This document shows positions 50,901-62,340 of a stretch of DNA of 64,000 nucleotides, in pieces. Every line of letters begins with the position of its first letter. The stretch's first letter is position 1. The notes below the pieces were generated by a model. That model made no database searches, was not told the origin of the DNA, and saw nothing but the letters and a program-made list of their open reading frames with translations. The position numbers and the translations under genes were made by a program. The stretch is taken from positions 62,001-126,000 of the forward strand of contig JAYWIR010000063.1 of NCBI GenBank assembly GCA_036172245.1. Reading direction: 5' to 3'. The DNA comes from Raillietiella orientalis. Lineage: Eukaryota.

Positions 50901-53809
50901 GAAGGTCGGCACAGATACGAGATGAAGATCGAGTGGACTCTGACTTCACCCTCTTGCTCAACAGAATAGCACGGCCGCAGGGAAAGCCTCGCCCATCACC
51001 GTTCACCTGTCGGCAGTCTTCAGTTCCCTTCAACCGCCTACCGACCCATTCCCTCAATGCACCCCTGGAGAGGGGAACTCATTTAGCGGTGTGCTCACAT
51101 CGTGCTCGTAATCCTTCCGATCTAATGAAAGGAGACGTTGTGAGCAGTTCTGGAATCTCCGTCCCCAGGGAATCAAAATGTGCTGCTTTGCACGCGTAGG
51201 ATCTTTGGAAACTGCATTCTTTCCCTCCGCGGGTTTCTTCCTTTAAATCGTCTCGATTGCTGAAGAGTCGTTCTCTTCCTTAAGGGGCTCAAAGACCTCT
51301 TTTAGTACCGCCCACGCCGCCCAAGGATACTCGTAATTCTTCAAGTTATGGGGAGTATCTTCTCAGGGATCACCCTATGAATCCAGGAAGACTCCGGAGC
51401 AAGGAGTCCGCTCCTCTTACGCCTAGTAGGGAACCCTCTCCCTGATTGTCCTTACCCTCTCCGGAGGGAGCCCTGGCAAGGAATCGCTCCTGGTTTGCTC
51501 CCCTCGAGAGAACCCCGAAGGGAATCTTCCCAATTTCTTTGAAGGCCGCTCCCCGAAGCACTCTCCCCCGAGCAGCGCGCTTCTGCAGCTCTGCAAATGC
51601 TACAGTAGTGGATCGCCAGTACTGTCCATGGCTGGAAACTGAAAAAGAGGCTGAAGAGTTTGCAAGCATCTCGACAAGCGTCTGGTTCAGGTGGAAAGGA
51701 TGGTTATTTGACAACGAATCACCGCTTGTTTGGTTTGCATACAAAATTTTATTTTGCGCTTAAAGGTGCGCGTAACATTGCGTTTGAATGAACTGTATCG
51801 ATGGCTTGGATTTGCTCCATGGTGCGCGATGGAAGGCCGCCCTGATAGGGAAGACGGCTCCGTTTTCACCACCAGATGGGGATTGAACCCATGACGCTTG
51901 GCAGCACGTTCTCAGGGAGCTCGCAGACACATGTGGCTCGCGTGGCTCGTCTGGACTTATGAAGAAGGTCAAGACATGAGTATTCGCATGACGATGATCT
52001 TTGATGTTGATGATCGTAAAGGACAATAGTCTAATCTGTGCCCGTTGACCCACCGGTGTAGTGGCCTGCAATCTGATCAGTGTGACTGGAATGAACTCGC
52101 CATGATGGATCGCCAGAATCACAGGCTGCCTCCCAGCTGGCGAGGCGTGCGACTGCGTCTTCAGCTGGTTTGACCGGAACCACCTTTCCCCATGAATGTT
52201 CCGAATCCTAACGCTCATATGTGTTTGTCGTGGTAGCTCCAGATTCGGGAATCTAGCAACAACTTAGAGATCCCCTGATGCTCGTCGTTGTGGTGAGTGC
52301 AATAACTGCTCCTTCGGGATGGGAGCTCAGCTCTCCCCTCTTGGAAGAAGGCAACCACGGAGCGCAATAGTTCCCCTGCATGCCTCATCCTGCGCTCTCC
52401 ATGCGATCCAGCGAAGGTTCTGGGACCCCGCGTGTTTCTGTTGCCCGCACACCTCCCGGTTCATTCGGATCCTGACTTGCGCCCCATTCTTGTGCCGCCA
52501 CTGGGAAGTTTTTCCTTCCGTTTGTCGAGGAAGAAAACAGAAGTTGAGTGGTGATCCTCTTTGCCTTTTTCTGTCCCCGAGAGAGGTGGTGTCTGGCCCG
52601 CACGCGAACAAGGAACCAGGAGCGATACCCGAAACAGGCGCAGCGATTCCTGTACGGGCCCTACAACAACTGCTCGCTCCGGAGATCCTTGAACATCCCG
52701 GGAAGAGTGCGTGGACAGGAAGAACCTCCTTGAGGAAACACATGAGCAGCAGCCTTCTGGCTAGATGGGAGGTCACCGTGAAAATCTCCTCAAGGAGTAG
52801 AAGACTTGGTGAAAGGAAGACGGGCCAACTCACTGACGCTGCGACCCCAATCTGACTGTCCAATCTCGAGGACTTCTGCGCTGGGGCGAGCTGCTGGATA
52901 CTTCAGCGGAACATCTGCAATGGAACCCACTCCTCCTAGAGATCCTCCTATTGAAGTGTCAAGAGCCTGCTCTGCGGCTGCTGCTGCACTGGGGTCTCCC
53001 GTGCAGCGCCCGCTGGCATCACTGGATACGGGGCGAAGGGGTGGACCCGAACTGTAGCAGGAACAGGGAGCGCGAATCCCTCCGATACCTGCTCGTAGAC
53101 TAAATTGCCTTCCGGCGCTTCTGAGAACAATTTGTCGCGACCCAGGAACCTCCGGAGACGAACTCAGAAGCACTTTGCAACCTCTTCTCCTACGCAACGC
53201 CCTTCTGCCAGCAGCCTCGCCAGCATCCCTTTGCTGCCCACGCGGGATCGTGATGGCCTTGAGCTACGCAAATGGACGACGTAGCGACAGGGGTGCCACA
53301 TCCACTTTGACTCCCGCTTCATGAGGATGGCAACAAGAACTTGCCGGGATCCTCAAAAGGATGTAGGAGACCGCCCCAGAAGAACGTGATCCTTTCCTGC
53401 ATCCCCATCCCCCACATAAATTTGTTTATTTATTTTTATTTCTGTTTCTTTTCCTTTTTTTGTTTTATCTGCTCCCCTCTGCTGCCAGAGAGAACCTCAC
53501 CTGTCTGAGTACCGGCAACCTGGCAAGTTCCCTTTGAATTGGGCGTAGTCATGTCATGTTCTGGTGTTTTCTTGCTCCGCTGGTGGGTAGCGTAGAACAG
53601 AAAATGGCAAAGCAGCTAATTGCTGCATATAACTTCAGATCCTGGAAGCTGTGGACCGAGTGCAGCGGATCGCGGACAAGCTTCGGAGCATTTTCTGTCC
53701 AGCAGTGGAGAACGCCTTCGATTCCTGAGGCACGAATTGACCTCTTGCCCCTGCGGACAACTCTCACCAATGATGGCAGCAGAAGGTGTGCCACCAACCC
53801 GAACCACAT
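39556..53809 (-). CDS. Appl: Amyloid precursor protein-like gene; coding exons 53809-53768, 42820-42629, 41732-41603, 41522-40969, 40920-40666, 40605-39928, 39846-39556 (about 713 aa)
   Basis: E1 domain (FEPQVA..C, ILKYCQK|VYP..ITNIVE, VKPYRCL, FQSDALLVP..C, FRGVEFVCCP), acidic tract, E2 domain (MKEWSELEERY, HQQRV), S/T-rich stalk, TM helix, GFVEVD and GYENPTYKYFE. All six introns are GT-AG, phases are consistent and exon lengths sum to 2142 nt. The first exon is less certain than the rest. Confidence 0.95.
41938..41974. repeat. Poly-C run plus (CA)n microsatellite in an APP intron
   Basis: Seen directly in the sequence. Confidence 0.9.
43014..43329. repeat. Tandem repeat, 102-bp unit x3
   Basis: CCGAAGCCGCTCCACCC recurs at 43025, 43127 and 43229. 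Units are nearly identical and bounded by GGCCGGCCGG. Confidence 0.95.
51360..51930 (-). repeat. Probable diverged family C copy with a tRNA-like motif
   Basis: The minus strand reads CCAAGCGTCATGGGTTCAATCCC, resembling CCAAGCGTCGCGGGTTCAAATCCC at 54571; CCCTTCGGGG-rich tract at 51370-51560. Confidence 0.45.
52300..53560 (+). mobile_element. Family A LINE 3' fragment inside APP intron 1 (antisense to APP)
   Basis: LLARWEV..GQLTDAA, LHWGLP and ACTTGCCGGGATCCT, followed by the family A UTR. Confidence 0.75.
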
Positions 53810-53860
53810 GAGCGCAGGAAGGTGCGGGGGGCTGGTGACTGCACGGCTCCAGCAGTCCAC
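53768..53860 (-). CDS. Appl: Predicted APP signal-peptide exon (ATG at 53809) with 5' UTR part
   Basis: Acceptor TTCCCCTTGTTTCCAG before 53860, ATG-WFGLVAHLLLPSL, and a phase-0 donor TTG|GTGAGA. Splicing gives MWFGLVAHLLLPSLWVAG-EEQ, a plausible signal peptide. Confidence 0.7.
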
Positions 53861-54529
53861 CTGGAAACAAGGGGAATTTGCGGCAACTCCGTTCGAAGGA
53901 TGCGTCAAGATCCAAGTTGGTTCTGGCGCTCCAGGGAGTGAGCTCAGGAGGTTCGACCGGCCGTCCAGGGAGCGCAGAGTGGGGCACAGGAAGGACCGTC
54001 TCCAGTAGCGATGGCGTTCAACGTGGGGTCGAAGAAAGGGGTGAAGTATTGAGGGAGCTGCCGAAGAGACAACGGCGTGCTCGATCATCCGGCATTCCCG
54101 GGACGCGCATCGAAAGCATCGGACGGGTCGCCTCCGGCAATGCAAGGACCTTCCAAAACCAAAGGACCTTAGGAACAAGAGGGGAGGCGGAGGAAGTCCC
54201 CCCCGTCCTTCACCGTCATTGGTCATCGGCTTGATGCGGACAAAGGGCGCCCACTGATCAGCAAATCGGCTAGTGTCACGTGAGCGTCGTAGGAGTCGAC
54301 TCTCCGGGTTCTCTCACGGAAACTCGGGTTTCCTCGAGAGATGTAGATAGCATTGCCGCCACCTCTGCGAGAGCGAGGCGTATTCAGGAGGGAGGGCCGC
54401 CAGAAGTCGGTCCTGGATGCGGCCGGCGTGAGTCGCGAGGGACGCGCTCGCGTCCCGTTTCCTCTCAGCTCCTCGCGTCTTGTCCCTTCGCGCAGCTCTC
54501 CCGCCCGGGGCACACGAAGGCCCGCTTCG

Positions 54530-56050
54530 GCGGACGTGCGGCTGCGGCGGCCTCCACGCATGCGCCATCACCAAGCGTCGCGGGTTCAAATCCCGGCCGG
54601 GGTGGAGGAAGAGTCCATGCCGACAAACGGGGGGTAAGGCGTGGGTTTCGAGTCCCCCCCGCAAGGTGACGCCGGTTGGCCCAAGGGCTTCAGGTGCGAA
54701 CGCGGACGCGCGCGCAGGGCAATCCAGATGATCGAACGGGTGGGTTGCTCGGCACCTGCGCTTGGTTCGAGAAACGAGAACTAGCCCGCCATAATTGCGA
54801 CGACGGGAAGCACGGCTCGCTCTCTGCCTCACCGAGTTAGTGAAGAAACGATGAAAGGGAATGCTGGTGGAAGATTCCCCGGACGACCCCACTGACCGAC
54901 CGGAATTGGAATTTGACCTTCCGCGGCACTTCCAGGAAGAACCGAGGAAGCGGTTCCCTTGGAGTTCCCCAGCGGTTGTGAAACTGGAGCTATCCTCCCT
55001 TTCTCGTGAAGATCCTCCATCGCCTCCCATGGAGCTGGCTGGTGCCCCTATCGGGGTCACCTCTCCGAAGCGTCAGATGCGCTCCCTCCGGAGTTCCCTT
55101 CAAAGGAGGAAACCAGGAGCTGCAGCTCTCTTGCGGGTTCCATTCGGAGAGGAAATGAGTGGCTACTCCAGGATGTCCCTCCAGAGAAACTCCAGCTCTC
55201 TCTTAAGTGGTAGGAGTCGGCGCTGCTTCTGCTGCACTGGGGTCTCCCGTGCAACGCCCTCCGGCATCACTGGATACGGGGGGGGGGGTTGGATGGGCCC
55301 CCCGAACTGTGGCAGATGCGGGAGCGCAAATCCCTCCCGCATAGGAACGTGACGTCCTTCGGCCGGAAGTCTCGCCAGCATCCCTTTACTACCTATGCGG
55401 GATCGTAGCTGCCTGGAGCCACGCAAATGGACGACCGAGCGACAAGGATGCCACAGATCCACTTTGCCTTCCGCTTCCTGAGGATGGATGGCAACGAGAT
55501 GGCCCATCCAAAGCACTATGTGCAACAAGAGCTTTCCGGCATCCTTCAAAGGATCCAAAGTGCCGTCCCCATCTGGACGTGACCCCTTCCCGACCCATCC
55601 ACACGCCCCTTCGGATTTGTTTATTTATTTTTATTTTATTTTATTTTTTCTTTTGTTTGTTCCCCTCCCCTCTGCTGCCGTGGCAGACCTCGCCGGTCTG
55701 CGCACCAGCTACCCGGCAGGTTCCCTTTGAAATGGACGTGGTCCAACCACACAGATTGGAAATTTTCATTTAATTTTTTTATGGAGTGAACGCGCCGGAG
55801 CTCCTGTTCGGAGAATAAGGGAGAACAAGGGAGGCGCCGCCTTTGGAGCTCCCTCCCCAAAGTAAGAGGAAACAGACTCCGTCCTCCGAAGCATTCCTAG
55901 ATCCATACGACGGTCTCTCCGGGGTTGTTCCCTATAACGGGCACTTCCGGGTGGCGTGGACAGCGTCAAAGAGCTTCGCGAGCTCCCTTCCATTCCCCCA
56001 GGAGACTGAAGGGTTCTTCAGCACTTTGAAGACCAAAAGAAAGGGAAACC
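54530..56050 (+). repeat. Family C copy with a nested family A fragment at about 55130-55800
   Basis: Two B-box-like motifs (GGGTTCAAATCCC, GGGTTTCGAGTCCC). Homology to the 14 kb and 62 kb copies resumes after 55800 (GTGGCGTGGAC..AAAGAGCTTCGCGAG..GGTTCTTCAGCACTTTG). Confidence 0.65.
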
Positions 56051-57864
56051 GCCCAAGGGCTCGCAGCGGTCAAGCGGGGGCGGTTTCACTGCACCGTCCG
56101 CCTCTCCCGTGAGGACCCCACAGGAGGACGTCTTCTCCAGTGGCTCGGTTGTGCCGCCCGAGAGAATCTCCGGGAGGGAGGAATCGAAGATCAGACCAGT
56201 GACTTCCGGCGGCAGATGAAGAGGAGCCTGCAATTCCCCCCCCCTCCCCGAGGGCTGACTGTTTGCTTGGATGCAGCACAGCCCAGGCAAATCCGTCGAA
56301 GGGCAGGGATGCGCGAGTCTCCTGGGCAGAGCCCAAGCCCTCGACTGGCCCTGGAGGCAGATCCAACGGAAGACGAGGTCACGCAAGGGCGGAAGGACTG
56401 CCCCCCCCCCCCCGCAGCCTCTGACGGGCGTACCCAGGAGGCCACAGCGTCCTCCTTCGGAGAATCCCATCTCTCTACGCGAGGGAGCACTCCAGGTCAC
56501 GGGCCGAAGCCAACCCTTGCCGGCGCTCGGCTCTCACGTCCAAAGACGCCAAGGGAACGCCGCAGGATGATGCCCGCACCGAGGGGGCTGCAGGCGAAGC
56601 GCGCGAGGCCCAAAGAGAAGAGGAGACGGTGCAAACCCAGTCGGTAGTCCCTAACCGCACACGTCGCCGACCTCGACGTGTGCGGCCTGCAGCTGCGGAG
56701 CATCGACTGAACGGTTCCCCGTCCCGTGACGTCAGCAGCGCAACGGCAGTCCTCCTCGTCCTGCCCTTGCCCTCAGGGTAGCGCCCGCCGAATCGCCTCC
56801 CAGGGCGAAGCAGCCGTTCGAGCAGAGCAGCGGCGCCCAGAAGACGCCTCGAAATCACTCTTCCCGCCCTCGTTCCCAAAAATGGGACCGCGCAGCGCGC
56901 GTGGCGCAGGTTGCCAAGCTCCTCAGGCTCTGTGCGAGCTCAGAGCGGACCTTCGAAGACCGCGATGCGGGAACAGCAGCAGTCGGGGGTCCTCTCTCGG
57001 CAGGGGGCGAGGACTCTCCTCCTTCCCCGTGACCCTCGTTGAACGGCTTCAGGAGCTCCTCCCTCTCCGCCCGCACGCGCGGCCGTCTGGTCTGCATCAT
57101 CAGAAGGGTGGCGCAGAGGGAAAAAGTGGGAGGTCCGGCTGACGCTGGGAGTCGGTTGCTGCGGCTGTGCCCGGGCACAGGAACGCGCAGGGGGCGCCTG
57201 CTCACGTTCGGAGTCCGAGTCTTCCTGGAAGACCACCTTCCAGGAAGAAGGACGAGACGTTCGGAGGAAAGCGGAGCGAACGGGAAGGGGGCGCATCCCG
57301 AGTCGTTGCCTCCGCCCAGGATGTGGGAGCTGGGGAGGGAAGAGCGGCGGCGGGAATCATGAAGGAGTTTCTCCTAACCTGCATGGCCTCTCTCTGCTGG
57401 CGGCGTGGGCGTCCGCTGTCGCCGTCGCGCCTCTGCGCGGGTTGGTCGGAACATCGAGGTCGCTCGCGCAGCGACAGGGAACGGCGAAGGTCAGCAGCAT
57501 GCGCGCGCGAACCCGGGGGCATCGCCTGAAAGCGGAGGGAACGTCCGCCCGAGGTGCTTTCGCGGCAAATGTCAGTCCACGCCGACGGGAGGCCATCCCA
57601 CGACGCGGCGATGTCCTCGGGGCGCGGACGCTCTCCCCCCGCCAGCGCTAGCGGGCCCCCACCCGCCCGCCCGTCCGTCTCTAGTGGCCCGCTCCCGTCC
57701 CGCGTGTGCCCCTGCTAGGGCGGCGGCGGCGGGCTTCCCCACTGCCTCGGAGGGATCCCCAGAGCGCTCGAGGTCGTCTCCCGGAAGCTTCGGAAACGCT
57801 ATCCTCCTCTTTCCCGTCTTCCTCCTCTTCCCACCTCCCTGACTCCAGTTCTCTGCGCGACGCC

Positions 57865-58389
57865 ATGCATGCCGCGGACGCGCGAGCGACTCCGTCCGCC
57901 GGGGTGGTGGCGGTCGCGGACTGCCTGGTGTCCTTCCTGGTGATCTGTCCCCTCGTGGTCAACTTTTGGAGGGGCACTTGGGGTCTCTTGGACCTGCTCG
58001 TGCACCCGGAGTGCAGGAAGCTGAGCGCCTGGAGCTCGGTCCTGCTGGGCGCCGCCGTGCAGACCGCGCTGTGCTCTCTGCAGCGCAGGCTGCATGGCCT
58101 GCGCCCACGCGGCGGGCGCTGCTCGTCCCTCCCCTTCCTGCTCGTCTCCCGCCTGCACACGTGGACGCTGGCCATATCCGACGTCAGCCTCTGGAGGGGC
58201 CTGTGGATTCTGTCGGACCTCTACCTGCCGTCCGACCCGCGGGCCTTCTTCGCGCTCCTGGTCGTCAGCCTCGGCTGCCTGGTCTCCCTGCGGCTCCTAG
58301 GAAACGCCCTCGCCTCCCCGGTCAGCTGCTCTGTCGACTCCTCCGACGGATACTTCCTCTACCCGACCATGCTCGGCTGGCAGGAGAAG
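57865..58389 (+). CDS. fusl: Fuseless-family multi-pass membrane protein, first coding exon (rest not found in window)
   Basis: GCCATG start after a pyrimidine-rich acceptor (CAG at 57846-57848). DCLVSFLVICPLVVNFWRGTWGLLD..P..S, SRLHT..LWRGLW and YFLYPT match the repeated WRGxW Fuseless pattern. Donor AAG|GTGGGT at 58390. Confidence 0.8.
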
Positions 58390-59439
58390 GTGGGTGCAGT
58401 GTCTTCTTCACCTCCTCCCCCGCACCGGGTCACCTCCACCCCACGCGGAGCCCATCCGCGCGCGTGGGGTGGCGGGCCGCCTCGGCACTACTCGAGCCGG
58501 GATGACATCCGCTTGCGCTGGAGGTACTGTAAGGCGCCCCGGCACAAGGTCCCTCGGGCATTCCCTTCCCCCGTGGATCGCGAGGACGCTTCCGGGGATG
58601 CGCGGCGGCTGCCTCTGCGTCGCTCCCCTCCCCCCCACAGCCTCCCGCGAAGACCGGCCGCACATCACCGCGAACCACTACGTTCCAGGAGGTCGTGCAC
58701 GTGGGAGATCGTAGCTGAGGACACGGCAGCCCAGGGATTCCTCCGGGAACCGTCCTCTCGCGGTCGGCGGCCTACCAGGGCCGGTTTGTAAGGGAGGAAA
58801 AAAATCGGAGCCGCGGCGTCCTCTCTCACTTCCGCCCCCGGATTGCCGGCCTTGGATGCGAAACCTCAGCATCAAGAGGGCCAGAGAGAGCCTGCGGCTG
58901 AGGTGCCGGTGCGAGCTGGATGCTTCGTCCGCTGCCCTGGGGTGGGTTGTCCGACAGGAGAAGCTGTTGCTACCGGAGATTATGAACAGAGGTCACTCTG
59001 CCCGAGGACAGCACTTGCTATCTCTTCACGAGCATCCTTGGAGGGCAGCCGGGCAGCCCCTGACCACTTTAAGGGAAATCCGGCGGCGGTGGCGGGAAAC
59101 AATGGGTGCACCGCAAGGGAGAATTCCGCTGGCAATGTTCAGCGGCTCTTCTGTAGCTGAGCGAACGAGGCTGGGGCGAGGTCACTTCCGAGTGCTCGCG
59201 GTTCCTCGCTGAAAGCATTTTCCTTCCTCTTCCTCTTCTTCCGCGGACCTGAAGATGAATGGCGCGAACAGCCGCGCCTATGACCAGTCGGTGACGCTCT
59301 GCCCTCCGGCGTGCTGGCACCCGCGGACGGAAGGCCTCCTCAGGCGGTCCTGTAGTGCATGCGCCGCGACGGTGCGTGTGGAAGGCCCGTGGGCGCGAGC
59401 TGTCTCGGAGTCGCCGCTGGCCACCTTACGGGGGACTCA

Positions 59440-60420
59440 TGAAGCTTTTCTTTGACACGGTCCGCGCCACCCGAGAGTGAGCGTAGCAGCTCTTTTGCCC
59501 ATGGGGGGGCCACTCTGTGAATCCAGGAAGGAGTCCGTTCCTCTCATGCTTGGTAGGGGAATCCTCGTCTTGGTTGTCTCAGGAGGGAACCCGGAAGGGG
59601 GTCCTCCGACCTGGTTGTCCCCGAAGGGAACCACCTCTTCCTTGTTCTCTCGAGAGAAATCACCCGGAGGGGATGAGGGGATCACTCCTCGTTTCTTCTC
59701 CGAAGCGAACCCGGAAAGGATCCGCTCCTGGAATTTCTCTTCCCAATTCCCCTGAAGGATTCGCTCCCGGAAGATTAGGTGCTTCTTCGTGCTTCTTCGC
59801 ACTCCGGGGAGGCCAGCCAGCGAGGCGGGGTTGCATCAACCAGCTCCATGGGGAGGCTCCATTCTCACAGCTGGAAGGGAAGCATGGAAGAGCTCCTGGT
59901 AGCACCCCAGATGGTCAACTTCTAATCTCTGCCGGTCAACGGGATCGTCCGAGGAGTCTTCCACTAGCGTCGCTCCTGAAGCCCGTGGGCCAACCGGCGT
60001 TATCTTGCGGGAGGGGGGAGGATCGAAACCCACGACTTGACCCCCGTTTGTCGGCGCTGGTCCTTCCCCCCTCCGAGCGGTAGTCGAACCCGCGACTCTC
60101 TCGGTGTTGCCTCGTGCACGGCCGATATCGTAGGCGAGGACGCGTGCGGAACCGCGATTATTGCTAGTTGAAAACTCTCTCGGTGCTGCCACGGGGAGGC
60201 CGCCGCAGCCGCGAACGCGGGCCAGCGAGGTAGTGGAGCCCCTGACATGGAGGAAGGACCGTTCACCGCAACGGTTTCCTTCCTACGTACACCGGGAAGC
60301 GACTTCGGCCAGCCAGTCACCTCGTCAGGAACCTTCCGAGTGGTTCTCCGGACCGCCGCCGCAGCCAGCTCGTGACCTCACGGATGCGGTTTCCTCATGC
60401 GTGGCTTTCCACTCGTGGCC
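59440..60420 (-). repeat. Family C copy (reverse orientation)
   Basis: The reverse complement aligns with 54530-55000 (GTCGCGGGTTCGA..GCCGACAAACGGGGGT..GCCGGTTGGCCCACGGGCTTCAGG). Confidence 0.7.
60112..60173 (+). mobile_element. 62-bp insertion flanked by 17-bp direct repeats
   Basis: ACTCTCTCGGTGTTGCC (60095-60111) and ACTCTCTCGGTGCTGCC (60174-60190). The insert is absent from the other family C copies. Confidence 0.7.
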
Positions 60421-61319
60421 GGGCACCCGAGACGGGAGAATTCCCAAGCAGGCGCCGTGCGAATCCTGGATCGGAGGGTCGCGCGCGTGGGTGGGATCAG
60501 CAAAGATCTTCCCTCCGTCTCTGCTGACAGGACGACAGAGACGGAGGGGCACGCGAAGTGGAGACATAGGCGCGCGCAGGCTTAGCCTTCCACAGGCAGG
60601 ACCACATGAAACCGGCCCTCCTGGGTCTACAAGGTCGTCCCCCCCCCCCTCGGAAGCCGGAGGCGGTGGCGGTCGACCTGGAGCTGGGGAGACCCGGGGG
60701 TCGAAGGGCAGCAGCGGACGGAGGAGGTACCGTCGGCCTCGCGCGCGCGAACCCGCATGCCGGCACACCGAAAACCCGCCCGCCGGGGCTCTGGCCTCCT
60801 CGCCGCGAGGGGCCAGTTCCAAATAGCCGTGCCGTGCCAGGGCAGTTGAGCCTGTAGCGTGCACCGGGTCGCTCGGACGTGGCCCCAAGCAGGCGGCCTT
60901 CCGAGGAGGGCCGACCTGGACCCTCGGCGGTCAAGAACGGGCCTCGCGGAGAAGCGTCGCTCCCGCCTGCCCAAGGGCGTGCGCGCGCATAACGCACGCC
61001 TCCCTCGGAGCCGAGGGCTGGAAGCTTCACGGCTCCCGCAAGCGAAGACTGCTGACCTGGACCTGCTGCCCACCGCGGGGTCCCGAGGACAAAAAAAAAA
61101 ACTCGAGACCCGCATTGCTGAACAACGCGAAACCTCCCTTCGAGAGGAGCGAGAGCTCTTGCGAGCGGAGCCTCGCTGCGACACCCGTGACGACTGTCTC
61201 CGCGTAGCCTCTGAGGGGCGACCGCCATCCCCACGGAGTTCCGGAGGACGAGGTCGATCCCGCTTCCGTCTTCGGAGCTCCAGGAGCGGTCGTGAAGGAG
61301 TCGCAAGGGCCAAAAGTCG

Positions 61320-62340
61320 GGTGGTCCAGCGCCAGGAGTCGGCTGCTGCGGTGGCGGCCGCATCCCGGGGTGCAGGCAGGGACATCCCTCCAGGGAAGTC
61401 TGGCGAACGGTCCCTTGGAGAAGTCCGCCAGGCGAGGTGTCGTCCGAAGACTGCCGAGAACGGGCGACCGGGTGTTGCGGTGCCAAGCAGCGGCTCGAGA
61501 GCCGTATCCGTAGCCACACACGCGGGCGGGCGGCTGAGGCGGTCTCCCCACAAGAGCGGAGGCTGCATCTAGAGAGTCGTGTGTTCGAATCCCGCCTGGG
61601 GAGGGGAAGGGCTGACGCCGAGAAATGGGGGTGTGCGTCGTTGGTTCGATTCCCCCCCGCGCGAGATGACTCTGGTGGGCCCCTCGGTTGGCTTTGGGTG
61701 CGGCACTGGCGGAAACCCTCAGATGTCCCCGTTGACCGGCCGGGATTGGGGGATGACCATCCGGGGTCTTTCCATGAAATCGAGGAGCTCTTCGGGGTTG
61801 TTGCAACCCTCTGGTTGTGCAAATGGGGCCGTTTCCTCCCTCTCCATTGCGTACCTCTGAGGAGCCAGTTCATGGGTGACACCCTCTCCAGATTACCCAA
61901 GAAGCGCGCGGCTCCCTTCGGAGAGCGCCTCCTTCCCAGAAAATTCGAAGGCTTCCCTTTGGGATTCTCTCAAGAGAAGGAAACTGGGAGTGATTTTCTG
62001 CCGAGTTTCCGCCGGGGAGAACAAGACTGGGGGGTCTTTGGGAGTTCCCTTCGGAGACAACCAGGTGGGACAGTTCCCTACCAAGGGCAGGAGAGGAATG
62101 GACTCTTCCTCCTCCCATGACCTTCCTGGATTCACGGGGCGGTTCCTCCGGGATCGAAGAGTTGCTACGCACGCCCCCGAGTGGCCGTGGACGGTGCTTA
62201 AAGAGCTTCGCGAGGCGCCTGTAAGATGGTCAACGGTTCTTCAGCACTTTGGGGGGATTTGAAGGAACAAAGGTGGCGGATGGGAAGCAGGAAAGGCAGG
62301 AGGACCCCGAAGGATTTCCGTCATCCCGGGACAGCAGCAG
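61320..62340 (+). repeat. Family C copy
   Basis: GTGTTCGAATCCCG and GGTTCGATTCCC motifs, GTTCCCTTCGGAGACAACCAGG, and 62120-62330 aligning with 14900-15100. Confidence 0.7.

Noticed and set aside
55675..55725. HDV-like ribozyme in the family A 3' UTR
   Set aside because: A P3/L3-like hairpin is present, but I could not find P1, P1.1 or P2 partners.
61570..61660. Functional tRNA gene
   Set aside because: Only T-arm/B-box-like motifs; no D-arm, anticodon arm or acceptor stem.
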